A stretch of 63,701 bases of DNA, counting the filler, from Chiloscyllium plagiosum (taxonomy: Eukaryota), in NCBI RefSeq assembly GCF_004010195.1. It is 4 parts of one record of this genome, joined end to end, with 100 filler letters (N's around TTAATTAATTAA, not from the genome) between each part and the next. Parts side by side here need not be neighbours in the genome. Positions count along the whole stretch, not along the records: positions 36,617 to 60,627 come from NC_057715.1; 3 more parts are not named here. One strand, 5' to 3'. Under the pieces are notes generated by a model. It saw only the letters and a program-made list of their open reading frames with translations, made no database searches and was not told the DNA's origin. Position 1 is the first letter of the stretch, and each line of letters opens with the position of its first letter. Of the stretch, positions 37,700 to 49,699 are shown piece by piece. Made by a program: the position numbers and the translations under genes.

Positions 37700-38427
37700 A
37701 TTTTTTTAGGAGTTGCATGTCTCCACTGAGATCATGACACTTTCCTTTCTGAAAATTGTTGAGGTAAAGGCTGAAACTCTGAGCACCTTTTGGTTCAGTG
37801 TTTCAATGCCAAGCTGAAGATACAAACTTGGCAAGGAAGCCACTGCATGTCTGTTCATATTCAGTGAAGTACTTAACACAGCAACGAATGTCATCCTGTT
37901 TCCCTATCCCTGTGTCAGTTGAAGCAAAACGGTCAGAGACACCTTATGGTTTAACCTCCTTCATCTTTATTCTGGGCCGTGGAGGGAGAGAATTCATGCA
38001 CAGGGACATGAATTCTTGGTCTTCTGTCTTGAACAGCAGTTTCTTGATGAGTTAAAGTCATTTTACAGGGAGGAGCATACAGATAAGGCAACATACATTT
38101 TGATTGGGTTGCCATTAGAATCAACGAGTGTCAATGGTAAAGATTAAGCCATCTGCTGTTACACAATGAATAACTGGCTTCACATAATGAATAGTTTTCA
38201 CCTTCTTAAACTGACCTTACATACTGAATGCTTCTAATATTGTTAAATGGCTCTACATAATGAATGCTTTTTCACCTTGTTAACCCATTACCCTTGCTTC
38301 CACCACCCCATTGTTAATTGCAAGTTCTTATCTGATCAGAGTCATGCTCAGCTGAATCTCTTGTTTCACAAAACGCAAAACTTAACTCTTTCCCTACCTG
38401 CTCATACCCTATATACATTCACATTCC
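37700..38427 (-). repeat. Local duplication copy B (paralogue of 40048-40750)
   Basis: 37900-38427 aligns by eye with 40255-40750 (e.g. TATCCCTGTGTCAGT, CAGATAAGGCAACATAC, TACATAATGAATGCTTTTTCACCTTG, AAAACTTAACTCTTTCCCTAC). Similarity weakens toward 37700. Confidence 0.8.
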
Positions 38428-38789
38428 CTCCTTTTATCATTTCATGATAACCACCGAGATGGCACTACCAGCTTTCATAAGATTCTGACAGCCAGTATTT
38501 AAGCAAGTTATTGACACACAGCATACAACTATTATAACAACAAAAATTACTAGTCCGTTACAGTAAATAAAATTTGAAGAATCCTCCCATGAGGGAAAAA
38601 AAAATTCACCAGTAAAGTTCTTAAATCTGCAGTCCTTAGTGACCACTCCATCCCTTCCAGGTTGAGTGGAAACGAGCCCATTCTCCAAAATCTCCTTCAG
38701 TAAAGTCCAATCTGAAAAACCAAAACCCAGTCTGTCCTTCTGCATCATTCCACTGAGAAACCTGAATTCTTGGATAAGGGCAGTTAAAT

Positions 38790-39095
38790 ATTTCACAAAG
38801 CTAACAAGACCTCCATCCTTCCGGAGATGCTTCAGATGGAAGATACCAGCACATCTAAGTGTGCAGTGCAGCAGCTAGGTGAATGCAGCATTCTTTGCTG
38901 CTTCTGCTCCGCTGTCAAATGTAGCAAAGCCAACTGGCTGTTGTGATGTTAGCTTGGTCAGTGAACCATCATATCCTGTAAATGATTGAAAGACAAGGTA
39001 AAGCTCATGTGTTTAATGTCCGTAGGTAGGCCACTGACAAAATGTTTACCGACCTTCTCTTCACTGTTGTTAACTTCTTTGCTTTTCATGTTCAT
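38790..39095 (-). pseudogene. RBPMS2: Processed pseudogene of RBPMS2/RBPMS (RRM RNA-binding protein)
   Basis: [69 protein letters not shown] then AFT*/AAALHT*MCWYLPSEASPEGWRSC*LC matches the RBPMS-family RRM ([51 protein letters not shown]) and C-terminus (AALHAQMRWY..SE....GWKSRQFC). Intronless, with frameshifts and stops. RBPMS2 versus RBPMS is uncertain. Confidence 0.85.
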
Positions 39096-39839
39096 GACTG
39101 GGGAGCTGATTGGATCCGTTGGATCAGGTTGTGGATGGGTGGGCAGTGGTCTGAAGGTGTGCTTTACCTGTGAATGGAGAAACTCTAGAGAAGATGTCTG
39201 CTGAAAGTATCTTTGCATTTCCTCTCTCATTCTTTCTTTGTCAAGGTGGTTATCAGTATGAAGACTACATTAAATTGTGTCTGCCTATTTCAACGTTCTT
39301 TGAATCTGTTACACTGTTCATTATTTATGACGTTATCAAGTTTTATACAATAAACTTCTAAATTGTACTGCCGAAACAATTCAGTCAATTATAAACAACA
39401 ATCAATGATCCTAAAATCAAACCCACGGGGGACCCCATTCAGGTTATTAAATTATTTTCCTTTAACAAATTGATACTTGGCTAATGTGAAAGCTGTCAGG
39501 AAAGGTATTTCAATATTCTGGAACCACAAGAAAACAACAATGTGTTTCCTGTGCCATAGCAATTGAAGAGGCAGATTTTAGTTCGGATTTAAATCTCAAA
39601 TATTCGTGGGAAACAAATGCTGAATATTTTAAAATATGTTCTCTAAATGAAACATCCCAAATAAAACAATTGGAATTACGGTGACAACTTTAGAGATGAA
39701 CGTTCTTTGAATTTGCAATATGAAGGGGGCCAATGAAGGCTTAGCAATAATTGAAAGAGTTTAAACATATCAGCCTTAAGTTCTAATATTCTCTAAAATC
39801 TTAACAAAACATCAAACTCAAAATACACTTTTCCTTTTG

Positions 39840-40005
39840 TGAACCTCAATTACCCACCCAGGGGACTCGAACCCCAGTAGCATGCAGAGGATTTGAAACT
39901 CAATTACACCCCTCTCCCCAAGGGACTGGAACCCAATACCGTGCAGAGGAGTCAAACCTCAATTACACGCCAAACCAATGCAGCGCAGAGGACTGGAACC
40001 TCTGT
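39840..40005. repeat. Degenerate ~55-bp minisatellite, ~3 copies
   Basis: (G/C)AA(C/A)CTCAATTAC..GGGACT(C/G)GAACC..GCAGAGG repeated. Confidence 0.6.
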
Positions 40006-40047
40006 TTGTCAGTGCGCTTGCAAAATTGTGTCTCTTGACTGAACTAA

Positions 40048-40750
40048 TTACCGTTTGAGGAATCCATAGAATAGAGAGCAGTGAAGCGAGGGGACTGTCT
40101 CCAGCACACAGGAATATCGAGAGGGGCCAAGGTTTAAAATCTTTTCTTGTTGGTTCATCTGCCTCGAGACACCGATATTCCAGGCGACCGCTGACATTGT
40201 CCGATTGTACCTATCTGTTTGGATCCTGCTGACTGCTCCAATATTGTTATTCCTTTTTGTTATCCCTGTGTCAGTCAAAGCAAAATGCTCCAAGATGCAG
40301 TATAGGTTTACCTCCTTCATCTTATTCCTGGCCCTGGAGGGAGAGAGAAAGATCGCCCATGTGCACAGGGGCATGAGTTCTCAGTTCTCTTAATTAATTA
40401 TATAGTAATTTTACAGGGAAGAGCATCCAGATAAGGCAACATACGTATTGAATGGTTGACTGTTACAATCAGCGAGTATCAATAGTAAAGATTAAGCCAT
40501 TTTAATTGGCTTCACATAATGGATACTTTCAACCTTGTTAACTGACTTTACATACTGAATGCTTTCAATAATGTAAAATGGCTGTACATAATGAATGCTT
40601 TTTCACCTTGCGAACCCATTATTCTTGCCTCTACCCCATTGTTAACGGCAAGTTCTTATCTGATATAAGTCATACTCAGCTGAACCTCTTGTTGCACAAA
40701 ACTCAAAACTTAACTCTTTCCCTACATGCTCATACCCTGTACACATTCTC
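40048..40750 (-). repeat. Local duplication copy A, containing an intact 90-aa antisense ORF (40048-40320)
   Basis: Paralogous to 37700-38427. ORF MKEVNLYCILEHFALTDTGITKR...YGFLKR* is preceded by TATATAA (40398-404) on the minus strand. Confidence 0.6.
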
Positions 40751-40789
40751 ACCAATGTATGTACAGAAAGGTCCGACAGATTGTTAACA

Positions 40790-41050
40790 ACATTGATTTG
40801 TTTTAACAACATTATTTGAGGGATCAATATTGGCTGGAATACTGAGAGAACAGACTTGCTGTTTTTGGAATAGTGCCGTGAAGTTATTTTTATCCACCTG
40901 AGGGGGCAGACTGGACTTTCACTGAACTCATCTGAAAGATCAATTTCCAGCAATGCAGATTCTCTCTGCTCTGCCATGAATTTTCAACATAGAATGTTTG
41001 TTGAAGTTGTGAATCCACAATCTGCTGACCTAGTGTTGTCTCTGAGCCAT
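40790..41050 (-). mobile_element. SacSINE1/DeuSINE-like element
   Basis: Reverse strand has TTTCAGATGAG..GTCTGCCCCCTCAGGTGGATAAAAA..GGCACTATTCCAAAAACAGCA..GCCAATATTGATCCCTCAA (Deu domain). Confidence 0.65.
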
Positions 41051-41194
41051 AGATGAATCCTAACACAAAACTATCTTCTATTTTAAATACATAAAATAAA
41101 ACAATCTGATTATGAATTAAGGGTTATGCATAAATGTTAGAAATGTTTGTAAACATGAGCTATTCAGCATATTTTTATTGCATACTAACTTTAT

Positions 41195-41530
41195 TCTGCG
41201 GAGGAATCTTGATTATCTGAATAAGATGGGCGGGCACTATTTTGTTTGGATAATTGATTAATTAGCTGAATAATTTCCTCTGGGGCTCGGAGTTTTCTGT
41301 TAAGTGTGCTCCCCGTTCAGGAGACTAGGCAGACCAGAGCCATGCGCGAGCCCCAGCCCCCAACCCTGTCCGCAGCCCCCCCAACCCCGTCAGTCCCCAC
41401 CCCGTGCCCCCACCCGTCCCTGATCCCAAACCCATCCAACACTGCCATCCATCCACCCCCAACCCTGCCCCCCGTTCCTGTCCAACCCCCATCCGCTTTC
41501 TCACCCCCCAGGCGACAGTCTACGGGGGGG
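41195..41530. mobile_element. Possible Tigger/pogo-like MITE remnant with C-rich low-complexity interior
   Basis: GAGGAATCTTGATTATCTGAA..TTTGGATAATTGATT resembles TcMar-Tigger TIR text. The second TIR was not found. Confidence 0.3.
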
Positions 41531-41761
41531 AAAAAAAGTGCCCCATAGTTTCCAGGGATGTACGACTTAGGTTTGTTAGCGAGCCATGGTCAATATAGGG
41601 ATACAGGTTGAGGGGGTGGGGGGGGGAGGTGTGTGTGTCAGTAGGATGTTCTTCAGACTCCATGCATCAAATGGTCTCTTTCTTTACAGAAGGAATTTTA
41701 TGATTTTATAAACTTCATATCCGTAAATTAAAACAAAATGCTTTCCTTCTTTTAATTCTAG

Positions 41762-41941
41762 CTTGTAAGGTTAATCGGCACGAGTTCCTGTTTGCATAAG
41801 AAGAATATGGCTGCTACATTCCATGAGAAATATACTGAAGAATTCATTAAACAACAGATTGAAGAGTTCAACATTGGGAAAAGACATCTCGCTAACATGA
41901 TGGGTGAGGATCCAGAAACAATTGGTCAGGAGGATATTGAT
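41762..41941 (+). CDS. MRPS9: MRPS9 exon 2 (180 nt)
   Basis: Acceptor TTTTAATTCTAG and donor GTAAGT. Encodes ..[48 protein letters not shown], matching vertebrate uS9m ([37 protein letters not shown]). Confidence 0.95.
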
Positions 41942-42059
41942 GTAAGTTGATGGTCTCTGTATAATCTGATATAATTTGAAAACCACAAATTATTCATCCT
42001 TTCCCAACCCAGTGTTCACTGCACACTTTTAAATAGTACAGAACGTGTTTTTTTCAGCA

Positions 42060-42745
42060 ACACTCATTTTGCCAAGGCCTTCACCTTGCACTCATCAAGT
42101 ACTTTCACAAGAATCCAAGTTTGCGGTGAGAAATAAAGAGCACTTGAATTGCATGAGATGAGTGTCCTGACTGGTTAAGGCATTGCAGGGCAGAATGCAT
42201 CAATTAATGCTGATAGTTTACAATTAGGCTTTATTTGTTTAAATTTTGAATAAGATTAACTCTGGTCAGGGCATTGCCCTGAAAAATGAACCAGCGAATA
42301 GCTGTCACCTGTCTTGTTTTGTTGAAATAGTGTGATGTATGTCAGTGTTCTTTCTGTATACAAAGAGCAGGGCTTAGTACAGTTCTGTGTAGCTTCCAGT
42401 TAATGCAAGTGCACCACACTGTGAGCCTGACTGGCAATCCTTGCACATTCAGTATTATCCAGCAAATGTTCAATTGCACCAAATGTTAGGAACTGTTGTG
42501 AGTTTTGTAAGTGTGGACTGATTGGGTACCGTCTATACTTTGCTTGGTGAGAGCAACTAAAGAGGCATGCTTTTGATATGGTCTGCTGCCAGTCTTTAGG
42601 ATATAAACCTATATACCTGGCATCACACCAGCACTGAAATTCATATAACACGTTACTGATGTGTGATCGGCAGAATGTCTTTTTAGCTTGATGGCAGCAT
42701 CCTGTTAGTGATGAATGCTGCTTGTGTTGCTACTGCATATCAGCT
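42060..42745 (-). mobile_element. PLE remnant with GIY-YIG endonuclease and decayed hammerhead
   Basis: Minus strand encodes NVLYEFQCWCDARYIG..RLADHIK.H..AIEHLLDN (GIY-YIG). Downstream TTGATGAGTGCAAGGTGAAG (~42081-42100) resembles a hammerhead core. Confidence 0.7.
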
Positions 42746-44644
42746 ATGTGAAATACCTTCAACAACACAGCTTATATAGCAGATCTTTCTCTGTTAATTC
42801 TTGCTGAAAATATAAGGAAAAACCTCAGTACTTTATCTCAAAAGAAATATTTGCAACTATATGAGCTGGTTGCAGAAAATACTCAATGGTCAGCATATCA
42901 AGCCCTCTTCTGGAAAATATATGCCTGGCATATTAATTTCTCTCTTGGTTACTGTGCAATAACTTGCTGATTGTCTTTCCAGCATTTTCTATTTCTTTTT
43001 TTGTTCCTGGATCTACCTTTTTTATTTCTCTTGAATGTAATTGTGCTGCAGTAAGCATTGGTTTATGTACTTACAATGTTTAAGTGGATTGAGCTTTTTT
43101 CACGCCTTGCAAGTCTGATAGAAAAAGCTGAGTGCAAGAAATATACAGTTCACCTGAGGGTGGCTGGCAAATATGGTATTTTTCTAATCCCATACGTTTC
43201 CCACACTTCTAAAGTAAACATAAATAATTAATCAAGGTAAACTTAATTTTAAATTCTGATTTTAAAATATTCATACAGAATTGCAATAGTTTTGAATAAT
43301 TATGTTATAATGTATTCATTTGCTTTGTTGTAAACAAAGGTAGAAGTACTTTTTTTCAGTTTAGTTAGTGAGATAATAGTTTAGAATCTTTTGCTGACAA
43401 AATCAGAGTAGATTACTAAAACCAGGGTAGATCTTCTGAACTGAGGCTTTACAAATATAGTTTACTACAAAAAAAATTTAAGATGAGAATTGCAAATGAT
43501 AAAATACTTCCTGTAAAAGCTGTTCCCCATTAGCAATATTTCACTGCACTCTTCTGCATTGGCTTCCAACTTCCCTTTCTACAAAGCTAGTGTGCTGCTT
43601 CCTACTCATACATTACAGCAACTCAAATTTCATGCACTGGGGGATACTTGTGACCGGAACAATGACAACTCTTGGTTTTGAAGTAAGGGCCTTTCTACCA
43701 GTAGCAGTTGAGTCTTTAATTTTCATTAAATCCCTTAACATATAGGCAAGCAACATGGAATGCTTCTTTGTGAGTAGTTTTTCTATGCTGAAATAAAAGA
43801 TATTCGAAGAAGTATTTTCAAAATGAGAGAATAATTTTAAAATGCTAATTAGAAGAAATCTGTTGAACTTGTCTTTAGATATACTAGTATGCTTTTTTCT
43901 AATTGATTTACTTTGCCTATTTCATCCATTATATAATTATTCATGATATTATGATTTCTACTCATTTATAATAAATAAAGTTGTTAAGACAAGCGTGTCT
44001 AAGTGAAATTGACAACTAACATTAAGTGCCAGATGTTGATTATGGAGCTCCAAGAATCTGCTGAGAACAGTTTAAATAAATTAGCACCTGCACATTAGCT
44101 GGTCTTGCTATTAATTTATAAGCGAATCAGTAGGACTGACATTTGGTTGAGTCATTGATTAAGTAAATAGCTGCATTTTCACTACCCAGGCAGAATAATT
44201 AATTAATAGAGATGGCCAACATGACCTGCTGCTTTTCTCAAGTCAGTGGTACAGTCATATTCACTTCTTCTCTGTTGCAAGAACAGGTGAAATGATGCCT
44301 GCTTAAGGACTGTCACATGGCACTTGGCTTGGATTTTGCTGCTAAATTAAACTTCAGAAATATGGTTCCTAAATTAACAGAATTGGGTTACTGCTGCTTT
44401 GTCATGGAATTTCTGAGAGCATATTAAATTTTCTAATATCCACCAAGAATGTACAATCTATACATTGGTATATTTGAAAACAAAATAGTAAACACATTGT
44501 TCAAACCTTGTGGACAGATATTTCAAAAGGAGTTTTAATATAGAAGGGATTAAAAGGGAAGGACATATCTGAATTTGTCTGTTTTTGATATCTTGAGTCT
44601 TTAATGTGTTATGTATAATAAAAAAAATTCATAAATGTACTGAA

Positions 44645-44845
44645 TCAAAAATATTGCTGGAGAAACTCAGCAACTATGGCACCATCTATGCAGAGAAAAC
44701 AGTAACATTTGGAGTTCTGATTGAAGAGTCACCGGATTGGAAATGTTGGCTGTTTTCTCCCTACAGCTGCTGCCAGACTTGCTGAGTTTCTTCAGCAATC
44801 TGTTTTTGTTTCAGATCTCCAGCATTTGCAGTTCTCTGTTTCATT
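44645..44845. mobile_element. Old fold-back PLE-derived insertion (second family)
   Basis: TTGCTGGAGAAACTCAGCA..CATCT..GAGAAAACAG is inverted relative to CTGTTTTCTC..CTGCTGCCAGACTTGCTGAGTTTCTTCAGCAA. Confidence 0.6.
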
Positions 44846-46081
44846 TTACATTAAAAGCACTATTCATTTCCTAAAATTAGGAAATATATGAATTTTCTCA
44901 TTATACCACCATTTTGCTCCAACTTGTATATACCCAGACACTGGAGTGAGAGGGGATTTTAAATCTTTTTGTTTAAATTCAGTTCAGGACTCTGTACCTA
45001 ATTTGTATGACCAAAGTGTTAAATCAGTGGGAAGCAAAAGTTGTTTTGGAAATGCACCACCAATGTTGTAAATATTACTAAATGTTCAATTAATCAAAAA
45101 TACTTTAGAGCTGGATGAAGAGGCCTGGTTCATAGATTATAACTTGGCGATGTATTACAAATCACTCAGACTCAGCGTTGCTGTGCTTATAAACATTTTC
45201 AAAAGAATGTTGTTTTCTGGCTGTGCATATTGATGGTTGGGGGCATGTATCTACACTGTCTGCAAAAGACAGGATAAATCCAATCTGATCAGTTACTCCC
45301 TGTCATGCTCAGAAGTTGGAAGAGCAATCCTAAGTTTTGTTAATTTAAGTTTTAAAATATAGTTTATTTAAAGCAGACACTTTGCTGCATTTGTACCACA
45401 GCTGCTATTGATCACATGATGCCAGTTGACCATAATTTTTGGGAAGCTCTGATTATCAGTCACTAAGGGACACAATTTTACATTTTCCTCCTGGAAAACC
45501 ACATTCCTTGCATTGTATAGAAATTCAAGTGAATCTAACAGAGGAGCTGTGGATGAGATGCCTGTGGCAGCAGTTCTGAACAAAGGAAGTGATATTGAAA
45601 CTCCTTGTGTTTTGAGATGCCACGAACAACCCAAAAGATTTTGCTAAAAGATGTCACTGAAACTGCAGGTTTATTTGGATTCCCTTTTAATCATGCAATT
45701 TTAGCTTCTCCCTTTCTAGTTGGCTTTTAAAACAAGGCAGAAAATAGTGACTGTCTGGCTTGAAAGAATCTGTATTTTTGTCTGAAAAGTGTGCTGACTC
45801 TCTAGCCTGCACTAACTCTGTTGCATGCAATCCATTCTCCTATGTAAGTGAATTCAGCCATGCCATCAACTGTAGAAATTCACTGAGTTTTGATTCATTA
45901 AACTGTAATTCCTGTGTCACTTAATGCCATTTAAAAGTAATAATTTGTAATTGTGACTTATTTTTATTCTTTGTGTGTTGTCAACCAATTCTCTGTCGTT
46001 GAATGCATCAATAAATAACTACTGCTTTAGGGTTAAAACAAAAATTTGCTGAGTGTGATTTTTAAAAAGTTAACAAACAGG

Positions 46082-46338
46082 ATTTAGAGAGGCAAATGCA
46101 TGCATTTAAAAGAGGAGAGCAATAAGGAGTTTGAACCAACCCTATTACAGACTGGAGAGAAGGACCATAAAACAATTCGCCTCTCCCTCTTAATCCAACA
46201 CTCTTCTACCATTTAGAGAGGCAAATGCATGCATTTAAAAGAGGAGAGCAATAAGAGTTTGAACCAACCCTATTACAGACTGGAGAGAAGGACCATAAAA
46301 CAATTCGCCTCTCCCTCTTGATCCAACACTCTTCTACC
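46082..46338. repeat. Near-perfect tandem duplication of a 129/128-bp unit
   Basis: 46082-46210 and 46211-46338 differ by one indel and one substitution. Confidence 0.9.
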
Positions 46339-46439
46339 AGTCTGTTCATCAGCAAGATAATGTTGTCAGTGTGATCATGCAACATTGATACAAATAATAA
46401 CCTGCTCAGAATTTTAGTATTATTCGGGTCACTTGGTCC

Positions 46440-47200
46440 ACTCACCGCAAACATGGTAAAAAAGCTGAATTGCTGGGGTAGATTTGGAGTGACTATCCTT
46501 GACATCAAGACAGCATTTGACCAGTGTTATTTCCAGGTGCTTTAGCAAAATTGGTTCAAAATCAGGGTGAAAACTTTCCAGTGGATTTGTAACTGACCCA
46601 AAGGAACTCAATTGCAATTGCTGGAGATCAATCATCTCAGCCCCAAGTATTCCTCAGTATAGTGACCTCAGTCCAACCATCTTCAGCTGTTTCATTACTG
46701 AACTTCCCTCCAAAATGAGTATTCTTGTGAGAAAGTTCACTACTGATTGTAAATGTGTGAACGTTATGGAACTAAATACTGAAGCAGTCAGTGTCCAAAT
46801 GGAACAAGATCTAGAAAGCATTCGGGCCTGGCAATGACTGTATCAAACCATCACCTCCTGCTGTTTGATGGCATTAGCATCAGTGAATCCCAAACCATCA
46901 GTGTCTTGTTCAAAAACGTAACTAAAGCAGCTGTAAATTTAAGCCAGCTGTATAAATACAGTGACTATGAGAACAGGGTGGAGATTGTAAATCTCCAGCT
47001 AACCATCTGATTCCCAAAGCCTGTTCACCATCAACGAGGCACATGACAATGTACTGGTATACTTTCCAGTGGCGTTACCATCTTTTTGACATGACCTGAC
47101 TTTCAAGTGCAACCTAAACAGCACTCAAACTTAATACCATAAGGAGATACCAGCCTGTTTGATTGATGCCTCACCTAGCATATTAAATATGAAACTGAGA
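46440..47200 (+). mobile_element. Old LINE RT fragment
   Basis: LDIKTAFD, PQYSDLSPTIFSCFI.ELP and KF..DC remnants. Confidence 0.5.
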
Positions 47201-49699
47201 GAATGCACTGCAGTAAGGTGCACTTGCATGGCTCCTCCATGCCTGCTGACCAAGGTGGAGGCGTGGAGGAGCAAGTGTCCACTTGGAGCTGCTAGGTTGC
47301 AGCTATGTTACTCATGTTGTGACTTCTCTTCCTGTTTTTGAATGAGGAAGGCAATGGCAAATTATTGCCAAAAATTAAACCAAGAAAATGGATCAGTTTG
47401 ATGCATTGGAAAAGGAGCCAATGAGCTGCCACAATAAGTGAAACTTGTGTAAAAGTTAAGTTGCAGAATTGGATTATGGTAATATTAACTGACAAATATA
47501 AGATTCACTGGGATCTCTGATAAAGAAGGAGAATTTGTGAGGAACAAATCTGCAGAAAAGAGCCAAATAAGGAGGTTGGGGGTGACAAAATTTCCCAAGG
47601 TTTATATGTTGCTGAGAGTCAATAGTGGGAATGTTAGCAGAATAATTGCAGATGTATGTAGGTGGTAGAAAAGATGAACTTTAATAATGAAAATATGCAG
47701 GCCAAAGGAATATCCAAAGGAATAAAAAAAAGTGGGACATTGTTAAATTGATTAAAATCCTACAATTACAACTAAAGTCTTGGTATTGATATTTCTGGCC
47801 TACACTGTTGAAAAAGTCTGTTCGCATAACAACGTTTAATGATGCAAGAATCTGATGGAGTGTGAAAGGGCAGAACACTGGAGTTCAATTTTGAAGTGAT
47901 GGGAAACAGGATTTATTTTCTTTAATGAGTAAAATGAGTCTGAGTGGAGTTTGATTCTTGTTTAGACGATTTGAATAATAAAACACTATGGAGGAGAGTA
48001 ACATTGTGTTTGAGGAAAAATTAATAACACCCAGTGGTCCCAGAGAGGATGAAGAGTCTGAATACACTACTGCCAGAATGTAGTTACCAAGAAGACTGAG
48101 GACATAGAAATAATGTAGAAAGAAATAGCAGAGTTAGAAATTTGGAATGAGACATGGAAAATTGAAGGCGTTAACCACGAAGTTGATAAACAAGACCTGA
48201 AAAAGAGCTCAATCTGTGCTTGGGCATGCACCTTTAACAATTATGAATGCTAATCTGTCTGTTGAGCCGATATAGGACGGAAGGACTTTAATTTTGTTGT
48301 ATGGTAACACGTTCTAGAAGAAAGTAGTCCAAAAGACAAATTAGAGCCATGGAAAAGGAATTAAATTAATTTTTATATGGGATGGGAAGGTGTACATTTC
48401 AGACGAGATCTGCATTAATAAAATGGTTGGAATAGAAATTGTGATGTTTATCAGAAACAAATGAGAAAATATCAAAGGACTGATGGAAACTGAAAGGGTT
48501 TTGGAGAAGATATGAAATCAAACAAAATTAACAAGTAACATCCCAAACACACACACATGAGTTAGGTCTAGGCCACTTGGCCCCTCTAGCCTGTTTCACT
48601 ACTTCTGTAGATCATGGCTAATCTGATTTGATGTGCTTCTGTGTTGGTTATAATATAAATTAAATTTTGAGAGGCATATTTTTGTTTGTTTTTTTATATA
48701 GGAATGGTTTAAGGGAAAAGTGACTTCTGATACAGTTATAGAATAAAGAAGCTGGTAGTTGTCTCCTTAGAAAAGAAGGTTGGGAGAGACTTAATAGAGA
48801 TGTTCAAAATCATGGGTCGAGGCAAAGTAGGTAATTGAAACTGTTCCCATTTAAAAAAGAATTGGGAACCGCAGGATATTGTTTTTAAGATGAATGGTTA
48901 AAGAACCAAAAGCAATATGAGGGAAATATTTTAAATGTATTTTTTAATGATGTGGGAAGCACTGCTTGAAAGACCGATGAATTGTGTCTTTTAGAAATAA
49001 ATTGGGAGCTTATCCAAAGAGAATTTACAAGGCTATGGGAACAGAGTAGAGAGTAGATTAGCTAAATTGCACTTGCAGAGAGCCTTTGATGCACAATAGA
49101 CTCTCGGTCTCATTCAGTGATGTAATGTTCTGTGACCCTTTATCAAATGTAAACATCATCTTTTGTTTGTCCTATTGAACACCTGCCAAGTTACCTCCTG
49201 ACTTTTCTAAAATAATGAATTTCAACCTATTCAAAACTTTCCAAGTTCTGAGAGGAAGTTGTCAATAGAAACCAGTTAAAAGTGTAATAACAATAGGTAT
49301 AATTGCAAATGAGCCAGAAAAATCTAAACATTTCTGATCAGTCTAAGCAAGTTGCATAGTGCCGGGTTCTGCAGCCTATTGATATAAATTTGAATGTATG
49401 ATGGTGAACATTTGACCATTAACTTTATTAGAAAAGTCCATGACTCTTCCTTTGAAGCAATTTTGCATCCCTATCCTGAAGCCTGGAGACCCAGGTTCAA
49501 CTCCCATCAGCTCCAGAGGTGTGTGATAACATCTCTGAACAGATTTGTTTTTTTATTACATCTTATAATCAAATACCAGAGCAGTCCAAAATCTCGTTCT
49601 CTCCTCATAAGCACAGCATCAAGTTCTTCAAATGTGTAATTGCACTTGTATTAACAACATGGCCTCCACTTTGACTACTTGAGTATAGCAGCACAAAAA

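Noticed and set aside
40250..40372. V(D)J RSS (CACAGGG + ACAAAAAGG) or a C/D snoRNA bounded by CCCTGTG/CACAGGG
   Set aside because: The heptamer-nonamer spacing is 3 nt rather than 12 or 23 and there is no Ig/TCR segment. There is also no proper C box (RTGATGA) in either paralogue.
41306..41598. Proline-rich ORFs
   Set aside because: They derive from C-rich low-complexity sequence, with no splice or homology support.
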